Assembly: GCA_965203055.1 (NCBI GenBank)
Contig: OZ241863.1
Coordinates: forward strand, 2,048,001 to 2,112,000
Source: Spirochaetia bacterium
GTDB taxonomy: Bacteria > Spirochaetota > Spirochaetia > SZUA-6 > Bin103
Length of the DNA: 64,000 bases
Direction of reading: 5' to 3'
The translations under genes and the position numbers were made by a program. Below are positions 19,094-28,608 of this stretch, piece after piece (the stretch's first letter is position 1; every line of letters begins with the position of its first letter). Below the pieces are notes generated by a model. The model was not told where the DNA came from. It did no database searches and saw only the letters and a list, made by a program, of their open reading frames with translations.

Positions 19094-22000
19094 CCGGCAC
19101 GGCCGCGGCGCGGGCTTCGGCGGCGGCGCGGCCGGCGTTGAGCGCGAGCAGGCGGGCGAGCGCTTCGTCGCGGACCGCGTCGGGCCAGCGGTAGCGGCAG
19201 GGTTTCTTCTTGCGGCCCCAGGCGGCCTCGTCGATCGCATAGTCGAGGAGGAAGTCGCAGGCGGTGGGAAGGTCGCTCCAGCCGTAGGCGTCGAGCACGG
19301 CGCGGTCCATGGCGGCATGCAGTTCGCGGAGCTTGGCGATGCGCGGGTCGGTCTCGTAGAGGTCGTGGAAGCGGTTGTAGGTCCGCGTCATGCCTTCGCC
19401 GTTGTCCACCATGAGCGCCGCGCGGTAGTCGTAGTACGCTTTGCCGGCGGCTTCGAGGGCGGGATGAGTGTCCCGGCCTTCCGGGAACGGGAAGGTCTCG
19501 AAGCAGTCGGAGGGAGTATACGTGAGTCGGTCTTCCAGTGAAGACCCGAGAAATCGGGACCATATCTCATGAATTCGAGATTGGAGCACACAGAATAATT
19601 GGCAGCTCTCGCTGGGAAAGATGACGAGTCGATCACTGTACACCGCCGCTGACCGAAGGAACGCGAACCCCGTGTGCTCACTGACTCGAGAGATTGCCAG
19701 CACTCGGTCCAGGCCGGCGATGGCGCCGCCATAGAGTTCCTTGGCGGTCGATCCGTAGCGCCACCAGAACTTGGCGCGTTTCCTGCCGATGGCGTTCCTG
19801 CTGAGCTTGGCGCGTTCCGGCTTGACCCGCTCCTCGACAATCGCCATCAAGTCCGGCCAGCGCCGACGGCACTCAGCCTCGCTTCGCTCGCCGAAGTTGA
19901 TGACGTAACGATGGTGCGCGTGAGTCGGGCTGGTGTTCACCTCCTCGCCGCCGACGTAGGGGAAGATCACCTCGCGGTTGCGCGGGTCCTGATCGATCAG
20001 CCGCCGCATCTCGGCGAGCGGTGATGCCACTCCCTTCCGGTCGGTGTCGTCGAAGGTGAATCCCATGCCGAGCACGATGCTGCCCTGAAAGCTCTTGCCG
20101 GCGTTGGCCGCCAGCCGCACCGGATCGGCATGCCCGCCCCGATGAAACAGAAACGCCGTGACGCGCTCCACCGGGGCGCCGTCGAGCGTCCTCCTGCCCG
20201 ACGACTTGCCCTTCTCTATGTGTACCACGCTGACGACGACCGCGGCATCGCCAGGCCATTTGACCCGCTTGGTGGCGCGGTAGATATGACCGCCATGCTC
20301 GCAGATCCAGCGCAGGCCGCTGGAACGGGTGTCACCCTGGGCGATGGTGTTGGTGGCGATCAGGCCGAACGCGCCGCCGCCGCGCAGCAGGTCGAACGCG
20401 CGCCGGTAGAAGTGCGCCACCAGGTCGGCGTTGCCGTGGCTCTGCGCGTGCAGTTCCTTGAGCCAGCTCGGATAGCCGGCGACGTTGCCGGCGGCAACGT
20501 TGTTCTTACCCGCGAACGGCGGGTTGCCGACGAAGCCGTCGAAGCCCGGGTTCGCGCGCTCGAACACCTCGGGAAACTCGATTTCCCAGTGGAACGGCGC
20601 GAACGGCTTTTCTTGAGTGTTACGGCGCGTCTTCAACTCCGCGGCGTGGCGCCACCCCTGCCGCGTGAGAATCGCTTCCTGGTACGCCTCCAGACGCGCC
20701 GCGCGCTCCTTCGGCTTCGAGCCCTCGAAGAACGCCGCCAGCGTCAGATCGCCGAACCGCCGCACCTCCGCCAGCGCGTCCTGCGCGCGGCGCCACAGCG
20801 TCTGCAACTGCCGGTCGGTCACGGTGTCGTCCGCTTCCCGAATCCGGCGCCGCAACTCAGATGCCTCCGCCAACTTCTCGCGCACCCCGAAGCCGGCCAG
20901 GATCGGCTGTCCGCCCTGCCAGTGCAGCGCTTCGATCTGCCGCCGCGTCAGCCCCACGAGCGAATCGCCGCGGCGGAAGGCGTGGTCCACGAAGGTGAAC
21001 GGATGGTCGCGCGCCAGCGTGCTCAGCCACAGCGACACCTTGGCCAAGTCTACCGCCATCGGGTTGCGGTCGATGCCGTACAGACACTTCTGGGCCACCA
21101 GCCGGCGCGCGAAGGTCACCTCGTCCTCATCCGCCGGGATGTCAGGCAGCGCTCCGTGCGCGCCCCACGCCTCGATCAGCGCGTCGGCAAGCTGGCGGCA
21201 GGTCTCCACCAGAAACGCCCCCGATCCCATCGCCGGATCGCAGATCTTGAGATCGAGGACCTGCTCCGGGCGCGGCGGGCCGCCGTCCTCGCCGCGCAGC
21301 CGCTCCAGCAGCGGCGCCAGCGTATGGCGCACGATCGGCTCGGTCAGCTCCCGCGGCGTGTAGTGCGAGCCGGAACGGCGCCGCTCCTCGTTGGGCTGCA
21401 GCACCAGCCCGCCGCGGGGCACCAGGTCCGGCGTCGCGGCGTGATCCAGCACCCGGTCCAGCACCGCGTGCAGGTCGTTCACCGTGTGCGCCGCGCGCAG
21501 CCCCTTCGCGACCGCGGCGCTGACTGGGCGGTCCGCCCGCTCCTGCAGCCAGCGTCCGCGGCGCGCGGGGGGCTGCGCCAGCAGCGCGTCCAGGTCGATG
21601 GTGGTGGGCGCCCCCAACTTCTTCGCCGGCTTGATCGCCAGCGAGCGCCCGGTCGCGGTCTCCAGGCGAAACCCCATGATCGTCTCGTACACCGAGCCGA
21701 TCTGCTCCACGTCCAGCGTCCGGTAGGAGAGTCGCTCCCCGTCCAGCACCAGCAGCTTTTCCAGCACCCGGTAGACCACCCCGTCCGACACCCGCGGCGG
21801 CTCCAGCCGCGCGTTCCGCTGCCGCGACCCGCTGCCGCGGCGGCCCTCCAGGAACCGGTAGCGGTCCGGGTCGAACAGCGCGCCGCGGCGCTCCGGCAGA
21901 CTCACCGCGCCGCCGGTGCGGTCGGCCGGCACCCCGTCGTGGAGCAGGCGAAACAGCACCACCAACTGCGCCCAGGCGCCGTAGCGCTGATCCATCGTGT

Positions 22001-23018
22001 CCGGGTAGGCCGCGGCGTCCTTGCGCAGCCGCCGGTAGAGGCCGCCCAGCAAGTAGTGGCGCGCGAAGGTCTCGTCCTTTGGCAGCAGGCCGCGCTCCTC
22101 CGCGTACAGCAGGAACACCAGCCGCAGGATCACGGTGAGCAGCCCGCGGTAGATGGCGTTGCGGTCCCCGCCGGCCGCCAGCGGCTCGCTCAGCAGCGCG
22201 CCGTCGGTGGCGGCATGGGCGTTCTGGAAGCCGCGCACCAGTTCGTACAGCGCATGCAGCACCTGCTCGGCGAGGCGCTCGGAAACTTCGTTCTGATACA
22301 GCCGGCTGTCGGCCAGCACCGCGGTGAGGCGTTCATGACGCGGCAGCGCCAGCAGGCGCTGCTCGGAGAGGAGCAGGTGCAGGGCGGAGCAGAGCGGGCG
22401 CCCGGCGGTGGTGAGCAGGTCGGCGAAGCGGAAATCGATCCAGCCGGAACTCTCGCCGTGCGGGGCGGAGATCAGGCGCAGCGCAACGCCGTTGACCAGC
22501 ACGCCGGCGCGCACCCCGGTGGCGCGCAGCAGGCGTTCCGCGCGCCCCTGGGCGGATGCGTCCAGCCCGCCGGCGCCGGGCGCCGGGCGGTCGAACTCCT
22601 GGCCGGCGGCCAGCACCTGCACCAGCAGTTGCCACGCCGAGTCGCCGTTGCCGGGGTCGCGTTCGCGCACCGCGAAGTCGGGGCGCAGGGTCTCGCCGTA
22701 ATCGGGCAACGGCAGCGTGAGCTCTTCAGGGATCGGAGTTTCTGCAGTGAAGCCGGCGTAGCCCCGGGGCGAGAAGCCCCAGCCGAGCACCGCGGCGGCG
22801 AACTCGCGGAAGTCGCGGATGCACGGCTGCGGGTTGCCGCCCGGCGTGAGCGCCCGTTCCTCGGCGCAGCCGGCGAGCAGCGCCTGCCGGTGGGTATCCT
22901 GGCGGTTGACGAACGCCCCCGCCTTGAGCAGCGCCGGCGGCGACACCACCAGACCGTGCGGCTGGATGAACCCCAGCCATTCCAGGTGCGCGCGCGTGTT
23001 CGGATCGGCAGCAGGCAT
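18957..23018 (-). CDS. Large type IIG/IIL restriction-modification N6-adenine methyltransferase (Eco57I/MmeI-like; resembles DISARM DrmMI)
   Basis: LDVEQIGSVYE, GSHYTPREL, DPAMGSGAFL, FHWEIEFPEVF, GNPPF, YTPSDCFETFPFP, YNRFHD, LHAAMDRAVLDAYGW. Confidence 0.88.
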   Translation of the reverse strand: MPAADPNTRAHLEWLGFIQPHGLVVSPPALLKAGAFVNRQDTHRQALLAGCAEERALTPGGNPQPCIRDFREFAAAVLGWGFSPRGYAGFTAETPIPEELTLPLPDYGETLRPDFAVRERDPGNGDSAWQLLVQVLAAGQEFDRPAPGAGGLDASAQGRAERLLRATGVRAGVLVNGVALRLISAPHGESSGWIDFRFADLLTTAGRPLCSALHLLLSEQRLLALPRHERLTAVLADSRLYQNEVSERLAEQVLHALYELVRGFQNAHAATDGALLSEPLAAGGDRNAIYRGLLTVILRLVFLLYAEERGLLPKDETFARHYLLGGLYRRLRKDAAAYPDTMDQRYGAWAQLVVLFRLLHDGVPADRTGGAVSLPERRGALFDPDRYRFLEGRRGSGSRQRNARLEPPRVSDGVVYRVLEKLLVLDGERLSYRTLDVEQIGSVYETIMGFRLETATGRSLAIKPAKKLGAPTTIDLDALLAQPPARRGRWLQERADRPVSAAVAKGLRAAHTVNDLHAVLDRVLDHAATPDLVPRGGLVLQPNEERRRSGSHYTPRELTEPIVRHTLAPLLERLRGEDGGPPRPEQVLDLKICDPAMGSGAFLVETCRQLADALIEAWGAHGALPDIPADEDEVTFARRLVAQKCLYGIDRNPMAVDLAKVSLWLSTLARDHPFTFVDHAFRRGDSLVGLTRRQIEALHWQGGQPILAGFGVREKLAEASELRRRIREADDTVTDRQLQTLWRRAQDALAEVRRFGDLTLAAFFEGSKPKERAARLEAYQEAILTRQGWRHAAELKTRRNTQEKPFAPFHWEIEFPEVFERANPGFDGFVGNPPFAGKNNVAAGNVAGYPSWLKELHAQSHGNADLVAHFYRRAFDLLRGGGAFGLIATNTIAQGDTRSSGLRWICEHGGHIYRATKRVKWPGDAAVVVSVVHIEKGKSSGRRTLDGAPVERVTAFLFHRGGHADPVRLAANAGKSFQGSIVLGMGFTFDDTDRKGVASPLAEMRRLIDQDPRNREVIFPYVGGEEVNTSPTHAHHRYVINFGERSEAECRRRWPDLMAIVEERVKPERAKLSRNAIGRKRAKFWWRYGSTAKELYGGAIAGLDRVLAISRVSEHTGFAFLRSAAVYSDRLVIFPSESCQLFCVLQSRIHEIWSRFLGSSLEDRLTYTPSDCFETFPFPEGRDTHPALEAAGKAYYDYRAALMVDNGEGMTRTYNRFHDLYETDPRIAKLRELHAAMDRAVLDAYGWSDLPTACDFLLDYAIDEAAWGRKKKPCRYRWPDAVRDEALARLLALNAGRAAAEARAAAVPATSSSPRRRSCHIPIAPLRTSRCRRRPAPGRLPRARRRAAGSSDR

Positions 23019-23140
23019 CGTTCAGCAGCCTTCGATAATAGACTACCCCGGCGACCCAGGCCCTTGAGGCTCAGCCCCCCGGCCTCGGCAGGGGCTCCAA
23101 CGGTCGATTGTGGTAGGCTGAAATCGGCCAGGGCTCCAAG

Positions 23141-23773
23141 TTGTCATCGAATCCATTCATCACCTACCAGTACGGAAACCGATTCGTGTCATTGGTCTTC
23201 GTTGGCCTGATGGCGCTTGCGCAGCCGGCCCGCGCCCGGTCGGAAGCGGCGGCGCCCGCGGACCGCGAGCTGCGGCTGCTCACGCTCGAACAGCTACGCG
23301 ACGCCGAATACCATCTGCCGCTGCTCGGCGATGAGGAGACGCCGATTCGATTCCACCAGGGGCGCGGATCGCTCACGTTCGGCCCCGGCGCCACCGAGCA
23401 GGTCCACGCCGGACTGGCAGGCGGCCTGGCCGCGTTCGGAGACCTCGACGGTGACCGCGTAGCCGATGCGGCGGTAGTCGTCTTCATCGATCCCGGCGGC
23501 AGCGGCACCTTCATCCACTTGCTGGCGATGCATGACCGCGCCGGCGCGCCGGTGCAGGCGGCGCGCGCGTTCCTGGGTGATCGGGTGCGCGTGGAACGCC
23601 TCGCCATCCGGGGCGGTCGGATCTTCGTTACGATGGTGGCGCACGGTCCCGACGAACCGATGTGTTGCCCCGCGACCCGGGTCCGCCGCGCGTTCACGTT
23701 GCGCGGGCGCCGGCTGGTGCCTTCGAGCGCCGCACGACAACCGCAAGGAGATCAACCGATATGGGACGCTTGA
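23141..23773 (+). CDS. Hypothetical secreted protein
   Basis: Signal-like FVSLVFVGLMALAQPARA; FGDLDGD…DAAVV…GGSGTF…PMCCP. Start codon uncertain. Confidence 0.6.
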   Translation: MSSNPFITYQYGNRFVSLVFVGLMALAQPARARSEAAAPADRELRLLTLEQLRDAEYHLPLLGDEETPIRFHQGRGSLTFGPGATEQVHAGLAGGLAAFGDLDGDRVADAAVVVFIDPGGSGTFIHLLAMHDRAGAPVQAARAFLGDRVRVERLAIRGGRIFVTMVAHGPDEPMCCPATRVRRAFTLRGRRLVPSSAARQPQGDQPIWDA

Positions 23774-24597
23774 AAGACAAGGTAGCGCTGATTACCGGCG
23801 CCGCGCGCGGCCACGCGCAGGCGATGGCGCGGCGCTTCGCAGCCGAAGGGGCGCGGCTGGCGATCTGCGACCTGACTTCGCCCGAGGAGCTGGACGCCAC
23901 CACCGGCGCGCAGGTCCGGGAAGCGGGCGGCCGCGCGCTCTGCTTTCGCACCGACGTGTCGGACGAGCGGCAGGTGAACGAGATGGTGGAGCGGACCCTG
24001 GCCGAGTACGGCGCCATCGACATCCTGGCGCCGGTGGTCGGCATCGCCGGCCCCACCAAGGACCTGTGGAACCTCTCGCTGGCCGAGTGGAAGCAGGTGC
24101 TGGCGGTCAATCTCGACTCGATCTTCCTGTGCTGCAAGGCGGCGCTGCCGTCGATGATCGAACGCCGGCGGGGCCGCATCATCATGTTCAGTTCGCCGAC
24201 CGGCAAGCAGCCGCTGGCGCACCGCTCCTCCTACGCCACCAGCAAGATGGCGGTGATCGGCCTCACCCGCACGCTGGCGGCCGAGGTGGGCCCCTACAAC
24301 ATCACCGTCAACGCCATCTGCCCCGGCGGCCACGCCGCGCGCGACCGCGAGCTCGCCAAGGCGTTCGCCGAGTACGTCGGCAAGCCGGTCGACGGCGACC
24401 TCTACACCAACTACGCGCCCGGCCCCAAGCCGGCCAACAAGGTGCTGTGCGGCCACTGGCTGCAGGCCGAGGGCTACGTGCAGGACCACGGCACCTCCGA
24501 CGACGCCGCCGCGGTGGCGGTGTTCATCGCATCCGACGAGGCCGGCAGCTTTACCGGCCAGGACGTCAACACCCCCGGCGGCTACGTGATGTGGTGA
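23761..24597 (+). CDS. SDR-family oxidoreductase
   Basis: KVALITGAARG, YATSK, ITVNAICPG, SFTGQ. AAGGAG RBS. Confidence 0.92.
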   Translation: MGRLKDKVALITGAARGHAQAMARRFAAEGARLAICDLTSPEELDATTGAQVREAGGRALCFRTDVSDERQVNEMVERTLAEYGAIDILAPVVGIAGPTKDLWNLSLAEWKQVLAVNLDSIFLCCKAALPSMIERRRGRIIMFSSPTGKQPLAHRSSYATSKMAVIGLTRTLAAEVGPYNITVNAICPGGHAARDRELAKAFAEYVGKPVDGDLYTNYAPGPKPANKVLCGHWLQAEGYVQDHGTSDDAAAVAVFIASDEAGSFTGQDVNTPGGYVMW

Positions 24598-24600
24598 TGA

Positions 24601-24629
24601 TTGACAGTCATCGAGGAATACCTTAGCCT
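24601..24629 (+). promoter_or_regulatory. Putative sigma70 promoter of ABC cassette 1
   Basis: TTGACA, 17 bp spacer, TAGCCT; 50 bp upstream of the binding-protein ATG. Confidence 0.6.
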
Positions 24630-24678
24630 GCGTTCTTGGGCAAAGATACGCCCGACGACACCATCTAAGGAGGAGCGC

Positions 24679-26496
24679 ATGACGTTTCTTTCCACAATAA
24701 GGGGGGCAGCGGCTGTCGGCTTGGCGCTCACGCTGGCAGCGACCGCCGTGTGGGCTGCGGGCGAAGAAGAAGCCGCCGCCGAGGCAGAGTTCGTCACCGT
24801 AGAGCTCACCAAGCTCGACGGCACGACCATGACCCGGGAATACGAGAAACCCCGCTACGGCGGCACGATCACCATGAACCGGGAGATCCTGCTGGTTTCG
24901 TTCACGAACTGGGATCCGAGGGGCGGCGGCGGACCGCACGAGCTGGCCAACGTCCAGATCACCAACCAGCGCCTCTCGCAGTTGGACTGGGCGCGCGGCG
25001 CCTCGGGCACGAATGACTACCCGAACTTCGTGGCGGCGACACCGCCCCTGTACGTGGCGCCCCTGCTGGCGGAGAGCTGGTCGATGCCCAACAGCACCTC
25101 GATGGTGTTCAAGATGCGCGAAGGCGTCCACTTCTGGGAAAAGGAGGACGTGGCGCAAGCGAACCCGGGCCTCGAGGCTGACTACGGGCGCGAGTTGACT
25201 GCGCACGACGCGGCCTGGTCGTACGCCACGATGAACTTCTTCCAGTCGGGCCAAGCCGGGACTATCACCTGGACCGCCCTCGACGACCACACCCTGGAGT
25301 TGTCGTGGCCCGAGCCGGACGCGACCCAGGCGGGCTTCAACATGTCGCAGTACGCCTTCATCTTCAACTCGGGGATGCAGAACATCCCCCAGGACGATTG
25401 GGGGGACTGGCGAAACGCACTCGGTACCGGCGCATACATCCCCACTGACTTCGTGCCTGGCAGTACCGTCACCTACAAGCGCAATCCCAACTACTGGGAG
25501 AACGACCCGATCCACACCGACATGCGGCTGCCCTACGCCGACACCTTTCGCATCGTCGACTTCGACGACGAGGCGGCGATCATCGCAGCGCTGCGGGCCG
25601 GCCAGATCGACCTGACCAATGGCCTCGGCTCATCGGGCAAGTGGGGGCTGCAGCTCAAGGAGACGAACCCCGAGATTGGCCAGTTCCCCGCCGCCGCGAC
25701 CCCTTCGGTGTGGGTACCGCGCGTGGATCTGCCGGACAGCCCATTCAGTGACATCAAGGTGCGGCAGGCGCTCATGATGTCCATTCCGCGCGACGAGATC
25801 GTCGAGGACTTCTACGGCGGATTCGCCAGTGCGTATGCCTATCCGACCTTCCCGAACTTCGCGGATTGGTTTGTCGAGTACGAGGATCTGCCGACCGAGC
25901 CGACGCTGCCCGGTTCCTGCGCCAGTGCTCGCGACGTGGTGACGTACCTTCCCGACAAGGCGCGCGAGTGTCTCGCCGCGGCCGGGTACCCCGACGGTTT
26001 CGAGTTCGATCTGTGGAGTCCGCCGGGTGAGGCCGAGTTCAACGAGCTGTACCAGGGCTACTGGAACGAGGTGGGCATCCGCGCCAACCTCAAGGTGGTC
26101 GAGCTCGCGGTGTGGCAGTCGGTCAAGGACCGGGAGCCCCACCTCGGACTGACGAGCTGGACCCCTGGTAATTGGCAGGATCCGTTCAACGTAGTCATCT
26201 ATCAGCTGTCCAGAAATGGCACGGTCAACAGCGCGCGGGTGAACAACCCGATGTACGACGAGATTCTCAAGGTCGTCGAGACCGAGCTCGACGAAGAGAA
26301 GAGGCAGGCGGCGTGGCTGGAGTTCTTTCCCAAGGCGCTGGAGGAGGCCATTTACCCCGGCGGCGTCGCGTTCGACAAGCTGACGTTCTGGAACCCATGG
26401 GTAAAGGGATACAGTGGAGAGATCAGCAACGTCGGCATCCAGGGATGGCACTCGCTGGCCAAGATCATCTGGATCGACCAGAACATGCAGCCGTAG
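24679..26496 (+). CDS. ABC transporter substrate-binding protein, family 5
   Basis: Signal peptide, PRYGGT, PLLAESW, GTGAY, RNPNYW, LPYAD, PFSDIKVRQAL. AAGGAGGAG RBS. Confidence 0.92.
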   Translation: MTFLSTIRGAAAVGLALTLAATAVWAAGEEEAAAEAEFVTVELTKLDGTTMTREYEKPRYGGTITMNREILLVSFTNWDPRGGGGPHELANVQITNQRLSQLDWARGASGTNDYPNFVAATPPLYVAPLLAESWSMPNSTSMVFKMREGVHFWEKEDVAQANPGLEADYGRELTAHDAAWSYATMNFFQSGQAGTITWTALDDHTLELSWPEPDATQAGFNMSQYAFIFNSGMQNIPQDDWGDWRNALGTGAYIPTDFVPGSTVTYKRNPNYWENDPIHTDMRLPYADTFRIVDFDDEAAIIAALRAGQIDLTNGLGSSGKWGLQLKETNPEIGQFPAAATPSVWVPRVDLPDSPFSDIKVRQALMMSIPRDEIVEDFYGGFASAYAYPTFPNFADWFVEYEDLPTEPTLPGSCASARDVVTYLPDKARECLAAAGYPDGFEFDLWSPPGEAEFNELYQGYWNEVGIRANLKVVELAVWQSVKDREPHLGLTSWTPGNWQDPFNVVIYQLSRNGTVNSARVNNPMYDEILKVVETELDEEKRQAAWLEFFPKALEEAIYPGGVAFDKLTFWNPWVKGYSGEISNVGIQGWHSLAKIIWIDQNMQP

Positions 26497-26526
26497 CGGG
26501 CCTCCTGGCACCGCGATGAGCCTGGC

Positions 26527-26572
26527 AGGGGTTGGCGGAGTTTCCTTCGGGGAGCGCCGCCAGCCCCTTTTC
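26527..26572 (+). terminator. Hairpin with U-tract after the binding-protein gene
   Basis: AGGGGTTGGCGG…CCGCCAGCCCCT followed by TTT, with an inner C(UUCG)G loop. Confidence 0.65.
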
Positions 26573-26594
26573 TGAAGCAGCAACCCATAGCTTG

Positions 26595-27590
26595 ATGACT
26601 GCCTACATCATCAGACGGCTCACTCTGATCATCCCCACCCTGTTCATCGTCTCGCTGCTGGCGTTCTTCTTGATTCGCTGGATTCCCGGCGACGTCATCG
26701 ACCTGATGGTCGCAATCATGCAGCAGTACGTGTACACCGGCAGCACCTCGGTGCTCGCCACCGGCGACGAGGTTGTGTCGGAACTGGCGCAGACACTGCG
26801 CGAACAGCTTGGACTGGATGTCCCGGCGCACGTTCAGTACGTGCGCTGGCTCGGGGAGTTGTTCCAGGGCAAGTTCGGACAGTCGCTGTGGACCAGGCAG
26901 CCGGTCGGAACGGACCTCCTGTTCCGCCTGCCGGTATCTCTCCAGCTCGGCCTGATGGCGATCATCTTCTCGCTGGTAATTGCGCTGCCGGTGGGCATCG
27001 TTTCCGGGATCCGGCCTGACTCGGGCGTCGACCAGGTTCTCCGTAGCTTTGCCATTCTACTAGTGACCGTTCCCGCCTTCTGGCTGGGCACCATGGTCGT
27101 AGTCTACCCGGCGCTGTGGTGGGGGTGGGCGCCGCCGTTGTTCTTCGTCCGATTCAGTGACGATCCGCTCGGCAACCTGACCCAGATGTTCGTGCCGTCA
27201 CTGATCCAGGGGATGCTGCTGTCGGGAATAACGATGCGCTTCACCCGTACCATGATGCTGGAGGTGCTGCGCCAGGACTTCGTCCGCACCGCGTGGGCGA
27301 AGGGGCTGCGGGAGCGGGTGCTGGTGGTCCGCCACGTCCTCAAGAACGCGACGATTCCGGTGATCACGATGATCGGACTGCAGCTGCCGGTGCTGATTGG
27401 CGGGGCCGTGATCGTGGAGAAGATCTTCAACGTACCGGGCCTCGGGACGCTCATAATCGAGGCGCTCGAGAAACGTGACTACCCCGTCGTCACCGCCGTA
27501 AATCTGCTCATGGCCGGGTTCGTGCTGGTCGTCAACGTCTTGATCGACATCAGCTACGCCTATCTCGACCCGCGGATTCGCTACGACTGA
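26595..27590 (+). CDS. ABC permease, DppB/OppB-like
   Basis: YIIRRL…PGD, QDFVRTAWAKGL, VEKIFNVPGLG, LDPRIRY. Confidence 0.93.
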   Translation: MTAYIIRRLTLIIPTLFIVSLLAFFLIRWIPGDVIDLMVAIMQQYVYTGSTSVLATGDEVVSELAQTLREQLGLDVPAHVQYVRWLGELFQGKFGQSLWTRQPVGTDLLFRLPVSLQLGLMAIIFSLVIALPVGIVSGIRPDSGVDQVLRSFAILLVTVPAFWLGTMVVVYPALWWGWAPPLFFVRFSDDPLGNLTQMFVPSLIQGMLLSGITMRFTRTMMLEVLRQDFVRTAWAKGLRERVLVVRHVLKNATIPVITMIGLQLPVLIGGAVIVEKIFNVPGLGTLIIEALEKRDYPVVTAVNLLMAGFVLVVNVLIDISYAYLDPRIRYD

Positions 27591-28537
27591 TGGCTGACCC
27601 CGCGACGACCAGGAAGGCGCCGGCCGCCGCGCAGCCCGGGCGCAAGTCCCTCCTGCGCGACACCCTCTCGCGGCTGTTCAAGGAGAAGAAGCTGGGCGCC
27701 GCCGGCCTGATCATCATGGTGCTGTTCCTGCTGGTCGGCATCTTCGCCGACGTGCTCGCCACCCACGACATGTTCGAGCAGAACGTCCCGCGGCGTCTGG
27801 AGGGGCCATCGTCCGACTATCCCCTGGGCACCGATCAGTTTGGGCGCGACGTGTACAGCCGGGTGGTGCAGGGCGCCCGCATCTCGATGCTGGTCGGCAT
27901 CGCCGCCAGCCTCGTTGCGGTGGCGGTCGCCTCGGTGTGCGGCCTCTTGCTGGGATACTTCGGCGGCGCGGTGGACCTGGTTGCGCAGCGGGTGGTGGAT
28001 GCCGTGCAGGCGTTCCCGTGGCTGTTCCTGATCATCACGGTCATGTCGCTGCTGGGACCGGGCATCCCGCAGGTGATCATCGTCCTCGGCGTACCCTGGG
28101 GCATCGTCAACATCAGGACCGTGCGCAGCGTCGTGCTGAGCGTGAAGGAGACCCCCTACGTGGAGGCGGCGCGGGCGACCGGCGCGAGCACCCTGCGCAT
28201 CCTCGCCCGCCACGTCGCGCCGCAGATCGTGGCGCCGATGATCGTGCTGTTCACCGTTTCGGTCGGCGGCAACATACTCGCCGAGGCGTCGGTGAGCTTC
28301 CTCGGCTTCGGCATACCGCCGCCGCAGCCGAGCTGGGGCAGCATGCTGAGCATAGAGGGCCGCGCCTACATGCTGGAGGCGCCGTTGCTGGCGTTCTGGC
28401 CCGGCCTGTGCCTGGCGATAGTCGTATTCGGCATCAACATGTTCGGCGACGCGTTGCGCGACCTGCTCGACCCCCGGCTGCGCGGCGGCATCGGCCGCTT
28501 CGGAGCGGGCGCCCCGCGGGCGAACCGGCAACGCTGA
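27590..28537 (+). CDS. ABC permease, DppC/OppC-like
   Basis: LGTDQFGRD, YVEAARATG, SFLGFG, GDALRDLLDPR. Confidence 0.93.
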   Translation: MADPATTRKAPAAAQPGRKSLLRDTLSRLFKEKKLGAAGLIIMVLFLLVGIFADVLATHDMFEQNVPRRLEGPSSDYPLGTDQFGRDVYSRVVQGARISMLVGIAASLVAVAVASVCGLLLGYFGGAVDLVAQRVVDAVQAFPWLFLIITVMSLLGPGIPQVIIVLGVPWGIVNIRTVRSVVLSVKETPYVEAARATGASTLRILARHVAPQIVAPMIVLFTVSVGGNILAEASVSFLGFGIPPPQPSWGSMLSIEGRAYMLEAPLLAFWPGLCLAIVVFGINMFGDALRDLLDPRLRGGIGRFGAGAPRANRQR

Positions 28538-28608
28538 CGGCGGCCGGCCAGGCCGGGCGCGCTTGACGGAACCGGGCGGTTGGCGCTTAGGTAGGGACGA
28601 GTCAGCCG

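Noticed and set aside
20130..23210. 1026-aa plus-strand ORF and many other long overlapping ORFs (e.g. 16686..18605, 40268..42109, 62359..63966)
   Set aside because: Antisense or alternate-frame shadows of recognisable genes, expected at this GC content; Arg/Ala/Pro-rich with no family motifs.
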